Shown piece by piece: positions 10,400 to 21,469 of a DNA stretch of 64,000 nt. This stretch comes from an uncultured Gammaproteobacteria bacterium. GTDB lineage: Bacteria > Pseudomonadota > Gammaproteobacteria > CAWCPV01. The notes below the pieces were generated by a model. It worked only from the letters and a program-made list of their open reading frames with translations, was not told the origin of the DNA and searched no databases. The stretch lies in assembly GCA_963797555.1 (NCBI GenBank), contig CAWCPV010000005.1, positions 224,001-288,000 of the forward strand, in the 5' to 3' direction. The first letter of the stretch is position 1. Every line of letters begins with the position of its first letter. The translations under genes and the position numbers were made by a program.

Positions 10400-10834
10400 C
10401 GAACCCGAAGAAGGCCGCAAAGACGCTGCTGGTGAGGACCGAGCCGAGCAGCATGGCCGGCAGACCTTGCGTAGGCAGAGGCGGGCGTGATGCAGGCCGA
10501 CGGGATGCGGGTGCTGCAGGTGCGCTCTCTGCGCTAGAAAAGCCTCTCAAGCCCGGCAATGGGCTGCCGAGCTTTCCCAGCGTCGGGATCACGGCCGCCC
10601 CTGCGGGCGAGCACGCTCTGCCATGCATAGGCACGGCCCGGGGTGATCTCCGAGGCCATACGGGTGGGCGCCCGGACGATCGCCACCTCGACCCGCAGGC
10701 GCGCCCCGCGCCCCTGCTCGTTCACGAGGGGGGTTGGGGCGCCGCGCGGCTGATGCGCTCGGAACACGTCGCCTACCCTCCTACCGGCGTACGCTACAGC
10801 GGCGGGACGACGACGCTGCTCAGCTTCGTGGCTG

Positions 10835-11146
10835 TCAGCGCTGCAGGCGTTTGAGGAACACCCGCATCTCCTTGGCCGCCTGCACGTCGCCTCGGGCCTC
10901 GGCCACCCTGATTCCGTGCTCGTATGCCCGGACTGCGTCCTCGGTCTTACCCACCGCTCCAAGGGCCTTGCCGTAAAGCTTCCACGCAGCGGAATAAGCG
11001 GGGTCGTGTTCTACCGCCCGTTGCAAATGAGCCACGGCCTTCTCCGGATCTCCCCGCTGCAAGTAAGCACTGCCCAGGCCGTAGCGCAGCGGGGCAGTGT
11101 CCTGGCCGCGCGCGAGCAGGGTCTCCAGATTGGAGATCACGTCCAC
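10835..11146 (-). CDS. Small tetratricopeptide-repeat protein
   Basis: LRYGLGSAYL..AVAHLQRAVEHDPAYSAAWKLYGKAL TPR pattern. Confidence 0.85.
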   Translation of the reverse strand: MDVISNLETLLARGQDTAPLRYGLGSAYLQRGDPEKAVAHLQRAVEHDPAYSAAWKLYGKALGAVGKTEDAVRAYEHGIRVAEARGDVQAAKEMRVFLKRLQR

Positions 11147-11182
11147 GGTCTATCGCTCTTCCGGGCGACCAGCAGCGCTTCG

Positions 11183-11605
11183 TTACGCGAGCCCCGCCCC
11201 ATATTCCCCACTCGCTTCTCCTCGCGATAGGCCACGAGGCAAAGTGATGCGAGCATCCGCGAGCAAACCATGGTCGCGCAGCAAGAAGCCTGCGTTGAGC
11301 GGGCCACCGTCATCAACGTGGCACCGGGTAAAGGTCTGGTAGAACAGGAGCCCGTCCGGCCGCAAGGCTGCCGTCAAGTGCCCGGCCAGAGCGCATTCCA
11401 GGAAATGACTTACCACGATAACGTCGAAGCCGTCCACCCTTCGGCGGTCGGCCATCACGTTCCGCTCCTCGGTGAGAACCGTGAGCCCGAGCCCGCTCGC
11501 TGCCTGCCGCCAACGCTGCAGCGCGATGGAAGACCAGTCCCAGGCGTGGGTCGCCCGGTCGCGAGCCTCCCATTTCTGCCGAGCTGTCTCGATCGTCTCT
11601 TCCAT
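11183..11605 (-). pseudogene. Class I SAM-dependent methyltransferase (TehB-like) with motif I deleted
   Basis: The KWEAR N-terminus joins directly to THAWD. FDVIVVSHFL and ALRPDGLLFYQTF are present, but there is no DLACGxG-type motif. Confidence 0.65.
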
Positions 11606-11871
11606 GGAGGTCACCGGCACCTGCGAAGCAGCGTGGACATAACGGAAGGGCTGAACGGCTCCAGCGGCTATGGCGCAGAAGCCTCCGCGAACGGTTGCGA
11701 GGACGAGGCACGTCACCGTTGACTTTGCGGCGATCCCGATAAAGACACCGGCTCAGCGTGCCTTGATCCGGCGTGCCAGCGACCGAAGCGCCGCGCAGGA
11801 TACGAGGCAAGGTCAATCCAAGACGCGGAACCGCACCGCACATCCGGGAAAGAACCGCCGTGCAAGCGGCA

Positions 11872-13248
11872 CTACAGGAACGTGACGCCGACCTGAAACA
11901 GCCGCTCCACATCCTCGACGTAACGCTTGTCCACCAGGAACAGGATCACGTGGTCTTCTGGCTGTACCACCGTATCGTGATGACAAATGATGACCTCGTC
12001 GCCCCGCAAGATCGCCGCGATGATGGTGCTTGCCGGCAGTCGAATGTCTTCGATGGCGCGGCCCACCACCTTGGAGGTCTTGGGGTCGCCGTGGGCGACG
12101 GCCTCAATGGCCTCGGCTGCGCCGCGGCGGAGGGAGTGGACCACCACAACGTCGCCGCGACGCACATGGGTCAGGAGGCTGCCAATCGTTGCTTGCTGGG
12201 GCGAGATGGCGATGTCGATGATGCTGCCGCTCTCCACCAACTCTACGTAGGCGGCACGATTGATGAGCGCCATCACTTTCCGTGCCCCTCGCCGCTTGGC
12301 GAGCATTGCGGACAGGATGTTGGCCTCGTCGTCGTTGGTGACGGCGCAGAACACGTCTGTGTTCTCGATGTTCTCCTCGATCAACAGATCCTCATCGGCA
12401 GCATCTCCGAGTAGGACGATAGCCTTGCCCAGTTGCTCCGAGATTAAGCGCGTGCGCTCTGGGTCGCGCTCAATGAGCTTGACCTGATAGTCGGTCTCCA
12501 GTGTCTTGGCGAGGTGCGTGCCTATATTGCCTCCGCCCGCAATGATGAGGCGCTTGACGGCCTTGTCGAGCTTGCGCAGCTCGCACATGACCGCCCGGAT
12601 GTGCTTCTTGGCGGCAATGAAGAAGACCTCATCCTCTACCTCGATGAAGGTTTCACCGGAGGGGATGATGGGCTGACCGCGCCGAAAAATAGCCGCAACG
12701 CGGGAATCGATGTTGGGCATGTGCTGCCGGAGTGTGCGCAACTGATGGCCGACCAGTGCCCCTCCCTCCACCGCCTTGACGGCAACTAGCTGGACTTTCC
12801 CACCGGCGAAGTCGAGCACTTGGAGTGCTCCCGGGTACTCGATCAACCGGCTGACATAGTCGGTAACGACTTGCTCCGGGCTGATCAGCACGTCGATGGG
12901 GATGGCCTCCTGCACGAACAGCTTGGGATAAGCCAGGTATTCCGATGCCCGGATGCGCGCGATCTTCGTAGGGGTGTGGAAAAGGGTGTAGGCGACCTGA
13001 CAGGCCACCATGTTGGTTTCGTCGCTGTTGGTGACGGCCAGCACCAAGTCGGCATCCTCGGCCCCGGCGCGTGCCAGAACCTCAGGGTGGGCCGCGTGGC
13101 CGACCACCGTGCGCAGGTCTAGTCGCTCGTGCAGAGCCTGGAGTCGGCGTGCGTCGGTGTCCACCACCGTAATGTCGTTGGCCTCGCTGACCAGGTTGGC
13201 AGCCACCGAGGCGCCGACTTGCCCCGCACCCAGGATGATGATCTTCAT
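11872..13248 (-). CDS. trkA: Trk potassium uptake NAD-binding subunit
   Basis: [23 protein letters not shown], second RCK domain [19 protein letters not shown]. Confidence 0.96.
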   Translation of the reverse strand: MKIIILGAGQVGASVAANLVSEANDITVVDTDARRLQALHERLDLRTVVGHAAHPEVLARAGAEDADLVLAVTNSDETNMVACQVAYTLFHTPTKIARIRASEYLAYPKLFVQEAIPIDVLISPEQVVTDYVSRLIEYPGALQVLDFAGGKVQLVAVKAVEGGALVGHQLRTLRQHMPNIDSRVAAIFRRGQPIIPSGETFIEVEDEVFFIAAKKHIRAVMCELRKLDKAVKRLIIAGGGNIGTHLAKTLETDYQVKLIERDPERTRLISEQLGKAIVLLGDAADEDLLIEENIENTDVFCAVTNDDEANILSAMLAKRRGARKVMALINRAAYVELVESGSIIDIAISPQQATIGSLLTHVRRGDVVVVHSLRRGAAEAIEAVAHGDPKTSKVVGRAIEDIRLPASTIIAAILRGDEVIICHHDTVVQPEDHVILFLVDKRYVEDVERLFQVGVTFL

Positions 13249-13312
13249 GACTGTCGGGGATCGGACGCGGTGTGCCGCATCGCTTGAGGTGGGCGCGGCA
13301 GCGGAAACCTCG

Positions 13313-14692
13313 TTAGAGCCGATCGCTGGCCACGTGTTTGGCGTCGATACCGAGCGCGCGCAATTTGCGATAGAGGTGGGTGCGCTCCATTCCCGCCAGC
13401 TTCGCGACCTTGCCCACACTCCCGCCCGTTTGCCGCAACTGGTGCTCCAGATAGGCCTTCTCGAATTGCTCCCGCGCCGCCCGCAGCGGCAAGTCAAAGC
13501 TGCTGGCGGTCTCCGGAAGCTCCTTGCCCGGACGCTGAGCACCCAAGGCGGCGTCGACCTCGTCGAGATCGATGTCCGGACCTGCACCGAGGATCAGCAG
13601 CCGCTGTACCAGATTCTTGAGTTCGCGGACGTTCCCAGGCCAGGAATAGTGGCGCAGCCGATTCTGGGCGGCCACGCTGAAGTTGCGGTAAGGCAGGTTC
13701 TCCTGGGTAGCGAAGATGTTTACGTAGTAACCGAGCAGCTCCGGAACATCTTCGCTATGCTCGCGCAGCGGCGGTACCCGCAGCGGCACGACGTTCAGAT
13801 GGTAGTAAAGGTCCTCGCGGAAGCGCCCGGCGCGCACCTCCTGCTCCAGATCGCGGTGTGTGGCAGCGATGATGCGGGCATTCAGGCGCACCGACTCCTT
13901 GCCACCCACCCTTAGGAACAGGTGGCTCTGCAGCACACTCAGCAAACGTGCCTGAGTGACGGGATCCATGTCGGCGACCTCATCCAGGAACAAGGTCCCG
14001 CCGTTGGCCTGCTCCAGGCGTCCGAAGTAGACCTTGTCGCCTCCTTCTGCCCCGAATAGCTCCCGCGCGGAGTTCTCGCCGGCGATGCTCGCTACGCCAA
14101 CCACGACAAACGGGCCGTCGCGGCGCACGCTGGCGGCATGCAGGTAGCGAGCGAAGACCTCCTTGCCACTGCCCGATTCACCACTGATCAACACCCAGGT
14201 GTCGTGCTGGGCGATGCGCTTCACCTGCTCGCGCAGTCTCTGCATGACGAGACTCCGACCGATCGGCTCGTTCACGGGCAGGGCCTGGCGCCGAAGACTT
14301 ACGTTCTCGCGCTGCAGCCGGGAGCTCTCGAGGGCATTCTTCACTGTGACCAGAAGCTTACCCATGGACAGCGGCTTCTCGATGAAGTCATACGCGCCGA
14401 GCCGTGTCGCTTCCACTGCGGTTTCGATGGTGCCGTGCCCGGAAATCATGATGACCGGTACCCGCGCGCCTCCCTCCTCCTCCGACCATTCCTTGAGCAA
14501 AGAGATGCCGTCGATATCAGGCATCCAGATGTCCAGCAACACCAGATCGGGCCGATGCCGACGCCGCGCCTGCCGGGCCTCTTCGCCGTTCGCCGCGGCG
14601 CTGACCTCGTAGCCCTCGTCCTCGAGGATCTCCTTGAGCAGATTGCGGATGTCGGGCTCGTCATCCACGACCACGATGTGCTCCGCGCTCAT
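13313..14692 (-). CDS. ntrX: Sigma-54-type response regulator (NtrX-like)
   Basis: REC domain (VVDDE, LLDIWMP), [32 protein letters not shown], Fis HTH; lacks canonical GAFTGA. Confidence 0.85.
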   Translation of the reverse strand: MSAEHIVVVDDEPDIRNLLKEILEDEGYEVSAAANGEEARQARRRHRPDLVLLDIWMPDIDGISLLKEWSEEEGGARVPVIMISGHGTIETAVEATRLGAYDFIEKPLSMGKLLVTVKNALESSRLQRENVSLRRQALPVNEPIGRSLVMQRLREQVKRIAQHDTWVLISGESGSGKEVFARYLHAASVRRDGPFVVVGVASIAGENSARELFGAEGGDKVYFGRLEQANGGTLFLDEVADMDPVTQARLLSVLQSHLFLRVGGKESVRLNARIIAATHRDLEQEVRAGRFREDLYYHLNVVPLRVPPLREHSEDVPELLGYYVNIFATQENLPYRNFSVAAQNRLRHYSWPGNVRELKNLVQRLLILGAGPDIDLDEVDAALGAQRPGKELPETASSFDLPLRAAREQFEKAYLEHQLRQTGGSVGKVAKLAGMERTHLYRKLRALGIDAKHVASDRL

Positions 14693-16905
14693 GTAGTCTC
14701 CTCCTTGGATTGGGCGGTGTCGGTGCTGGGTGATTCTGGCTGTTTAACCGCAAAGCGTATAACAACGGATGTCCCGCCGCCAGTGAGGTTCTCGGCCCAG
14801 AGGACGCCGCCATGTTCCTCGACGATCTTCTTGACGATGGCGAGGCCGAGTCCGGTTCCCTTGGGCTTGCTGGTCACGTAGGGCTCGAAAACGTGGGCGA
14901 GAAGACTGTCCGGAATGCCGGGGCCGTTGTCTTCCACCCGTAACTCCGCGAACCGACAATGGAGACCCGGGATGCAACGAGTGACCACCTTGAGCATGGC
15001 GGCGTCACGGCCCTCCAGCGCTTCTAGGGCATTCTTCACCAAGTTGTGGAGCACTTGCCTCAGTCGCCCGGGGTCGGCCTCCACCGTGGGTGACTCGCTG
15101 GCCAGCTCAGTGAGCAAGCTGACTTGGCCTGCCTGCTCTTGGTAGAGGTCCAGAACCTCCCTCACGAGGTCATTAAGATCGACGGGTTGCCACTTGAGCT
15201 GGGGGGTGCGTGCGTAATCGGAGAAGGCGTTGACCATTTCCTTCAGCACTTTGACCTGCTGGACGATGGTATGGGTCAGGCGGTCCAGCAGCTCGCCTTC
15301 ACCCGCTTCTAGCCGCTTCAGGTACTTGTGCCGCAACCGCTCCGCCGAGAGCTGTATGGGGGTCAAGGGATTCTTGATTTCGTGGGCGAGGCGGCGCGCC
15401 ACCTCGCTCCAAGCGGCATCGCGCTGGGCCTGCACCAGGGCCGTAATGTCGTCGAACACAATCACATAACCGGCGCTCATCTCACCGACGCCCGGCAGGT
15501 ACGAGCCGCGACACAGCAGCACTTGGTGCTGGCGTCCCAACAGCACGACCTCGGCCGCCCAGTCTTGGATCATACGCGACAGCTGTGGCAGCGAGGTCTC
15601 CACGAATGGCTGCAGGTGAGGCTGCAGACGGGAGAGATGCCCGAGCGGCTCGTCCAGCCTTGCGTGAAGGTCTACGCCGAGGATTTGGCTGGCGGCAGCA
15701 TTTGCCGTGCGTAGCACGTGCCGCATGTCGACGGTTACCACGCCGGACGAGAGGTGCGCAAGGATGGCTTCCAGATAGGCGCGTTCCCGCTCCAGCTGTT
15801 GCTGGCTGCGGCGGGCGTCGTCCCGCGCCCGGGCAAGCTCGCGCGTCATGACGTTGAAAGACTGCACCAAGAAGCCTAGATCGTCACGGCTCGAAACGGG
15901 AAGCTGAGTGTCATAGTCCCCGGCGGCTACGGCGCGCGTTCCCTGCGCTAGGTCGCCGATGGGTGCGACCAAGCGCCGGGCGGCGAAGAACGCTACCCAG
16001 ACCGCTGCCAACGCGCTGAGCAACAGGACCAGGGATAGCGTGAGCGTAAAGCTGAACTTCAGTGGCTCGCGCAGATACACCAGCTCCCGATACTGCGCAT
16101 AAGCCGACTGGACATTCTCCGCCAGGGTGCTCATACGCTCCGCGATGGGGTAAAGCGCCTGCAGCAGAAGCATGTCGCCGGACGGTTGGGCACGCCCTAC
16201 CGGCACCACGACACGCACATTCAGGCCAGCGCCACGGATCAGATCCAGGCCGGCGTATGTGTGCCCTTGGCGAAGCTGCAGTAGTACGGCGTCGGGTGTG
16301 CGGTCAGGGACGATGCGCGTCGGATCGGCCAAGCTCGAGGCGATCACCCGCCCCTTGTCCGTCAACAAAGTGAGCTCGTAGACCTCGCTACGGCTGCGCA
16401 ACTCGTTCAAGGTGAGGGGGGCCAGGTCCTCGGACGTGCCGTCCAGCTCGGCGGCCATGCCCTCGGTCTGCTTCAATGTTTCCCGCATACTCATGTCCAG
16501 GGCAGCACGGCTCAGATCAAGTGCGTCGGTGAGCGAGCGGTCGACCTGCACATCGAACCAGCTGTCTATCGAGCGCTGCAGGAACTGCAGGGAGAAGTAA
16601 TACACGACGCCGACGGGGGCCAGCGCGATAAGCGCGAAGACCAATACGAGCCGGGCCGTGAGGCGCGAGCCGGGCGCACGTCGCCGGTAGTCGCGTACGG
16701 TCTGGTAAAGGTTTGTTGAGATGAGACCGAGCAGGACGACGAGGCCGAGGAGGTTGAGGACCAGCAGGTAGGAATATAGGCGCCCGAAACGGGCCGAGTT
16801 CTGCGTCGCGTCGCCCATAAGATAGAGCAACGTCAGCAGCAGCCCGGTCAGGGCCAGGAAGGCAACGAAGCCGCGCAGATGCGGTCTTAGGGTTGCAGAG
16901 GCCAT
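14689..16905 (-). CDS. ntrY: Sensor histidine kinase with HAMP and PAS (NtrY-like)
   Basis: AWSEVARRLAHEIKNPLTPIQLSAERL, DNGPG, GTGLGLAIV. Confidence 0.87.
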   Translation of the reverse strand: MASATLRPHLRGFVAFLALTGLLLTLLYLMGDATQNSARFGRLYSYLLVLNLLGLVVLLGLISTNLYQTVRDYRRRAPGSRLTARLVLVFALIALAPVGVVYYFSLQFLQRSIDSWFDVQVDRSLTDALDLSRAALDMSMRETLKQTEGMAAELDGTSEDLAPLTLNELRSRSEVYELTLLTDKGRVIASSLADPTRIVPDRTPDAVLLQLRQGHTYAGLDLIRGAGLNVRVVVPVGRAQPSGDMLLLQALYPIAERMSTLAENVQSAYAQYRELVYLREPLKFSFTLTLSLVLLLSALAAVWVAFFAARRLVAPIGDLAQGTRAVAAGDYDTQLPVSSRDDLGFLVQSFNVMTRELARARDDARRSQQQLERERAYLEAILAHLSSGVVTVDMRHVLRTANAAASQILGVDLHARLDEPLGHLSRLQPHLQPFVETSLPQLSRMIQDWAAEVVLLGRQHQVLLCRGSYLPGVGEMSAGYVIVFDDITALVQAQRDAAWSEVARRLAHEIKNPLTPIQLSAERLRHKYLKRLEAGEGELLDRLTHTIVQQVKVLKEMVNAFSDYARTPQLKWQPVDLNDLVREVLDLYQEQAGQVSLLTELASESPTVEADPGRLRQVLHNLVKNALEALEGRDAAMLKVVTRCIPGLHCRFAELRVEDNGPGIPDSLLAHVFEPYVTSKPKGTGLGLAIVKKIVEEHGGVLWAENLTGGGTSVVIRFAVKQPESPSTDTAQSKEETT

Positions 16906-17447
16906 GAGTACCAGTCGCTGCTGAGGTGCCAGTCCCGCGACAGATAGGCGAGCGGCCGCAGCGGAGCCGGCAGCGATTCGATATCCAGCAGCACCCGCAG
17001 GTGAGCGTGATAGTCTTCTCCGGGGCGCAAGACACTGTGGTCGAGCATCGGGAAGTCCCTAAGCTGACCCAAGGCTTGCAGGGCCGCCCGAAGCGTGGGG
17101 TAGCCTTCAGACACGCCGGTATTCAGGTTGTTAACCAAGTACTGCTGGGTCAATGGGTGATAGCGGATCTGGTAGCGTTGCTTAAGGGCCGCAACAGTTT
17201 CGTCCCAGAGGAAACGGCGTGACCGTGTGACCTCGATCTTCAGCTCCAGCGTCAGGGGCACGCCGTTATGCAGCGCGTCCAATGCCTTCGGGGTCAGCGC
17301 ATAGTCGATGTGGGCATCCAGGAGGTATACATTACCGACCAGCCGGGTGCTGGCACGGTCAACAGTCAGTTCTTGGCAGTGGACCGCAGAGGCATACGCC
17401 CACAGGCAGCAAAGCAGTGCACCGCACTGGGATAGCCACCGCGTCAT
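16887..17447 (-). CDS. DUF4390-family exported protein
   Basis: Signal peptide, ALHNGVPL, YHPLTQQY, LPAPLRP..W; conserved position between rsmB and ntrY. Confidence 0.82.
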   Translation of the reverse strand: MTRWLSQCGALLCCLWAYASAVHCQELTVDRASTRLVGNVYLLDAHIDYALTPKALDALHNGVPLTLELKIEVTRSRRFLWDETVAALKQRYQIRYHPLTQQYLVNNLNTGVSEGYPTLRAALQALGQLRDFPMLDHSVLRPGEDYHAHLRVLLDIESLPAPLRPLAYLSRDWHLSSDWYSWPLQP

Positions 17448-18769
17448 GTCTTCTCCAAACGGGCGTAGTAAAAACCGTCCATGTCGTCGTCGCCGGGCAG
17501 GATTTGACGACCCACGGGGCCCGCCCTCCCCCACTCCGCCACGATGGGAACCTCCTTGGCATCTGGGTGCGTTCGCAGAAATTCGGTTACCTGGCCCACG
17601 TTCTCCTCTGGCAGGATGGAGCAGGTCGCGTAGACGAGCCGCCCCCCCCGCCTGAGGAGGGCCCAGACCGCGTCCAGCAGATCCCGTTGCTGCCGCACCG
17701 ATGCCGCAATGTCACTGGGCCTTCTCAATAACTTGATGTCTGGGTGACGCCGGATGACCCCGGTGCCGGAGCACGGGGCATCGAGCAGTATGCGGTCAAA
17801 GGTGCGACCGTCCCACCAGCCAGCGGGGTGGGCCGCGTCGCCTTGTACGACCGTTGCCTGCAGGTTCAAGCGCCTGAGGTTTTGCTTCAGCCGCTCGACT
17901 CTGACTGCGTCACGCTCCACCGCCCACAGCTCCCCGAGCCCGGCCTGGGTCTCCAGGATGTGGCAGGTCTTGCCCCCGGGGGCCGCGCATGCGTCCAGGA
18001 CACGCTCCCCCCCCTCGGCCGCGAGGAGCTCCGCCGCCAGCTGTGAAGCCCCGTCTTGGACCGACACCAGACCGTCCCTGAAGCCGGGCAACTCCTGTAC
18101 ATCGACTGGTCGGACCAACTCCAGTGCCTGGGGCGCTTCGGCGAGTGCCCTGGCCTCGACCCCGGCGGCACGCAGCTTTTCCAGGTAATGCACGCGGTCC
18201 TGGCGATGCGCGGCCACCCGAAGCGTCATGGGGGCCTGCTCGTTGTTGGCGTGCAGCACCGCTGCGGCCGCCTCCGGCCACGCAGCGCGGATGCGCTCGA
18301 CCAACCACGCAGGATGGGCCGTTGCACCCTCCGGTTGTGAGCGGACGGCCGAGAGAAGGCGGTCCCGGTCACGCAGGTACGCGCGCAAGACGCCGTTGAC
18401 CAGCGTTGCTGCCCAGGGTTTGGCAAGCTGAGTCACCGCCGCCACTGTCTCAGACACCGCCGCATAAGTGGGTATCCCGGTGTGAGCGAGTTGGTAGAGC
18501 CCGACCAGCAACAGACCGTAAACATCGCGGTCCCGAGCCCGCAGCGGCTTGGGAAGCAAGAGTGCGAGCAGCACCTGCAGCTGGGGGTACCAGCGTAGGG
18601 TACCGTACGAGAGGGCGGTCGCTAGGGGACGCCGAGCCAACGGGACGGCCGGCAGCGCGGCAGCCAGCGCCGCGTCCAGGGACTTCCCGTTGCCGAGCAC
18701 CTCCACGATCACCACAGCGGCTACAGCGCGCTCGCCGGGTGCTTCGGGGCTCCGTCGCTGCGACTGCAA
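17444..18769 (-). CDS. rsmB: 16S rRNA m5C967 methyltransferase
   Basis: NusB-like N-terminus, VQDGASQ, DACAAPGGKT, LLDAPCSGTG, YATCS; start approximate. Confidence 0.95.
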   Translation of the reverse strand: MQSQRRSPEAPGERAVAAVVIVEVLGNGKSLDAALAAALPAVPLARRPLATALSYGTLRWYPQLQVLLALLLPKPLRARDRDVYGLLLVGLYQLAHTGIPTYAAVSETVAAVTQLAKPWAATLVNGVLRAYLRDRDRLLSAVRSQPEGATAHPAWLVERIRAAWPEAAAAVLHANNEQAPMTLRVAAHRQDRVHYLEKLRAAGVEARALAEAPQALELVRPVDVQELPGFRDGLVSVQDGASQLAAELLAAEGGERVLDACAAPGGKTCHILETQAGLGELWAVERDAVRVERLKQNLRRLNLQATVVQGDAAHPAGWWDGRTFDRILLDAPCSGTGVIRRHPDIKLLRRPSDIAASVRQQRDLLDAVWALLRRGGRLVYATCSILPEENVGQVTEFLRTHPDAKEVPIVAEWGRAGPVGRQILPGDDDMDGFYYARLEKT

Positions 18770-18810
18770 CGAAATGCACGCACGCGGCGCGCGTCCTGCT
18801 GCCAAACGGA

Positions 18811-19767
18811 TCAACCTCCAGTGCCGCCCGTCGAGGCGAGCCGACGGGTTCGCAACAACCTTCCATCGAGAAACTCTGCCGCAGTCATGATGCGGCCTCC
18901 CGACAGCTGGACCTTCAACAGGCGCAAAGTGCCCGCGCTGGTAGCTACGTCTATCGCGCGGCGGCTGACATCGACGATGGTTCCAGGCTCCGCCGCAGGT
19001 CCTTCCGCTTCTTCCGCCTGCCACACGCGCAACGTCCGATCGCCCATCTCGGTGTAGGTGACCGGCCAGGGGTTGAAGGCCCGCACCTTCCGCTCCAGGT
19101 CCGCGGCCGGCCGCTTCCAGTCTAAGCGGGCTTGGTCTTTGGTGATCTTGGGGGCATAAGTCGCCCGCTCCCGATCTTGGGGGATCGCGGTGAGAGTCCC
19201 ATCCGCCAACTTGGGCAAGGCAGTCAGCAACGTTTCGGCACCAAGGCGCGCCAAGCGGTCGTGCAGAGTCCCTGCAGTGTCTTCAGGCAGGACCGGGCAA
19301 CGGGCCTGGGCCAGGACCGGGCCCGTATCGAGGCCGGCATCCATCTGCATCAGGGTAATGCCGGTCTCGGACTCCCCTGCCAGCAGCGTGTGTTGTATCG
19401 GAGCAGCGCCCCGCCAACGCGGCAATAGGGATGCATGAACGTTGATGCACCCCAAGCGAGGGGCCTCGAGCACCGGAACCGGCAGAAGGAGTCCGTAAGC
19501 GGCGACCACCATGAGGTCGGCGGCCAGCTCGCGCAGTCGACGCTGCTCCGCCGCCGACTTCAGGGAAACGGGCTGAAATGCCGGCAGACCACAATGCGTC
19601 GCCAGTTGCTTGACAGGACTTGCCTGCAGGCGGCGGCCGCGGCCTCCGGGCCGATCGGGCTGCGTATAGACGGCGCAGATTGCGTAGCCGGCCGCGAGCA
19701 AAGCATCCAAAGACACAGCCGCAAACCGGGGTGTGCCGGCAAAGATAAGTCTTAGGGGTCTGGGCAC
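18811..19767 (-). CDS. fmt: Methionyl-tRNA formyltransferase
   Basis: FAGTPRFA, TQPDRP, NVHASLLPRWRGAAPIQ, MDAGLDTG. Confidence 0.97.
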   Translation of the reverse strand: MPRPLRLIFAGTPRFAAVSLDALLAAGYAICAVYTQPDRPGGRGRRLQASPVKQLATHCGLPAFQPVSLKSAAEQRRLRELAADLMVVAAYGLLLPVPVLEAPRLGCINVHASLLPRWRGAAPIQHTLLAGESETGITLMQMDAGLDTGPVLAQARCPVLPEDTAGTLHDRLARLGAETLLTALPKLADGTLTAIPQDRERATYAPKITKDQARLDWKRPAADLERKVRAFNPWPVTYTEMGDRTLRVWQAEEAEGPAAEPGTIVDVSRRAIDVATSAGTLRLLKVQLSGGRIMTAAEFLDGRLLRTRRLASTGGTGG

Positions 19768-19803
19768 CGCTCGGATACGGACGGGAGGGGATGACGGATA
19801 GGC

Positions 19804-20314
19804 CTACAACGCCACCGGGCCCTGCCGCCGCCGCTTCTCCAGCTTTTTGCGGATGCGGCCTGCCTTCATCGGGGAGAGGTAATCCACGAACAGCTTGCCG
19901 TTCAAGTGGTCGACCTCGTGCTGGATACAGACCGCGAGGAGTCCGCTCGCCTCCACCTGGAAGGGTTTGCCGTTAACGTCGAGAGCCCGCACCGTCACCC
20001 GCTGCGCACGGGTGACGGGCTCGAAGATCCCGGGCACCGAGAGGCATCCTTCCTCCGTCTCCTCCACGCCGTCGCGGCTCACGATCTCTGGGTTGACGAG
20101 GCACAACGGTGCGTCCCTGCCCTCGGAGACGTCGATGACCACCATGCGCTTCGCGACGTCTCACCTGGATGGCTGCGAGACCGACCCCCGGCGCATCGTA
20201 CATGGTCTCGAACATGCTATCGATAACGTGCCGCAGCTCTCGGTCCACTTCGGCGACCGGTTCAGCCTTGCGTCGAAGCCGTCCATCGGGAAACTGCAAA
20301 ATTTCAAGTAGCAT
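19804..20314 (-). CDS. def: Peptide deformylase (one apparent 1-bp insertion near 20161)
   Basis: GVGLAAIQ in one frame; EGCLSVPG and QHEVDHLNG in the next. Confidence 0.94.
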
Positions 20315-20439
20315 ATTCCTGAGCTGGACCCTGGATGGTGCGCAAAAAATACTGGTATAGTCATAATGATACTTATACCAGGCAGGTTGTGCCATCCCTG
20401 GGGGGCGCGTTCCTTTTCAACACACGGGGGAGAGGGGAT

Positions 20440-21462
20440 ATGGCAGTGCGAAAGTGGTGGGGATTGCTGTTGGGCTGCGTGCTTGCCGTAGCGTATGGGC
20501 AACAAGTGGTGCTTAATCCGGACCATCCTGACCGGTATGTGGTGAAGCAAGGCGATACGCTGTGGGATATCGCCGGGCGGTTCCTCAAAGAACCTTGGCG
20601 TTGGCGTGAAATCTGGCGTGATAATCCGCAGATTGCCAACCCGCACTGGATCTATCCCGGAGACACCCTGGTGTTGCGCCAAGGGGCTTCGGGGCCCTCC
20701 GTGGAGCTGCAGCGGGGACGGAGCGAGGTCAAGCTGTCTCCGCAGGTCCAAGCGATTCCGCTCCCACGACCTATTCCCACGGTTCCCCTGGACGTGGTGG
20801 GCCCGTTTCTGATTCAGCCGCTGGTGGTGAGCCAGAGCCAGCTGCACCGCGCCGCTTACGTCGTCGGAAATCCTAACGGTCGGCTTGTAGTTGGGACCGG
20901 CGACAAAGTCTACGTGCGCGGGATAGACGAGTTCGAGGGAACTAACTTCCGCATCTTCCGCGCGGGCGACGTGTTCCGAGACCCCTCGACTCGGGAGGTA
21001 TTGGGCTACGAGGCCGTGCACGTTGCAGATGGCAAGCTGGTCCGTTCCGATGGTCTGGCGAGTCTCGTCATCACGGATGCGTTAATGGGTATACACCCCG
21101 GTGACCGGGTCCTACCGGCCGATGAGACCGAGCCCGACACCTCATTCCTGCCGCGACCGCCCGCCATGCCCGTGGAGGGGCGCGTCATCGCCATTCCCGA
21201 CGGGAGCCCGTACGTGGGGCGGTACGGCGTCGTAGTAGTAGATTTGGGGCAGGGCGATGGGGTGGAGGTGGGTGACGTGCTGGCGGTCGACCAATCCGGC
21301 GAGACCGTGCATGACCCCGTCAGGGGGGGCCGAGTGAGGCTCCCCGATGAGCACGCTGGACTCGTAATGCTCTTTCGGGTCTTCGACCGGGTGAGTTACG
21401 GTCTGGTGATGCAGGCGACGCGTGAGATGAGTGTGCGGGACGTCGTCACGAATCCAGACTGA
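20440..21462 (+). CDS. LysM peptidoglycan-binding protein (TsaP-like)
   Basis: Signal peptide, YVVKQGDTLWDIA..NPHWIYPG; located between def and dprA. Confidence 0.9.
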   Translation: MAVRKWWGLLLGCVLAVAYGQQVVLNPDHPDRYVVKQGDTLWDIAGRFLKEPWRWREIWRDNPQIANPHWIYPGDTLVLRQGASGPSVELQRGRSEVKLSPQVQAIPLPRPIPTVPLDVVGPFLIQPLVVSQSQLHRAAYVVGNPNGRLVVGTGDKVYVRGIDEFEGTNFRIFRAGDVFRDPSTREVLGYEAVHVADGKLVRSDGLASLVITDALMGIHPGDRVLPADETEPDTSFLPRPPAMPVEGRVIAIPDGSPYVGRYGVVVVDLGQGDGVEVGDVLAVDQSGETVHDPVRGGRVRLPDEHAGLVMLFRVFDRVSYGLVMQATREMSVRDVVTNPD

Positions 21463-21469
21463 ACCTGGG

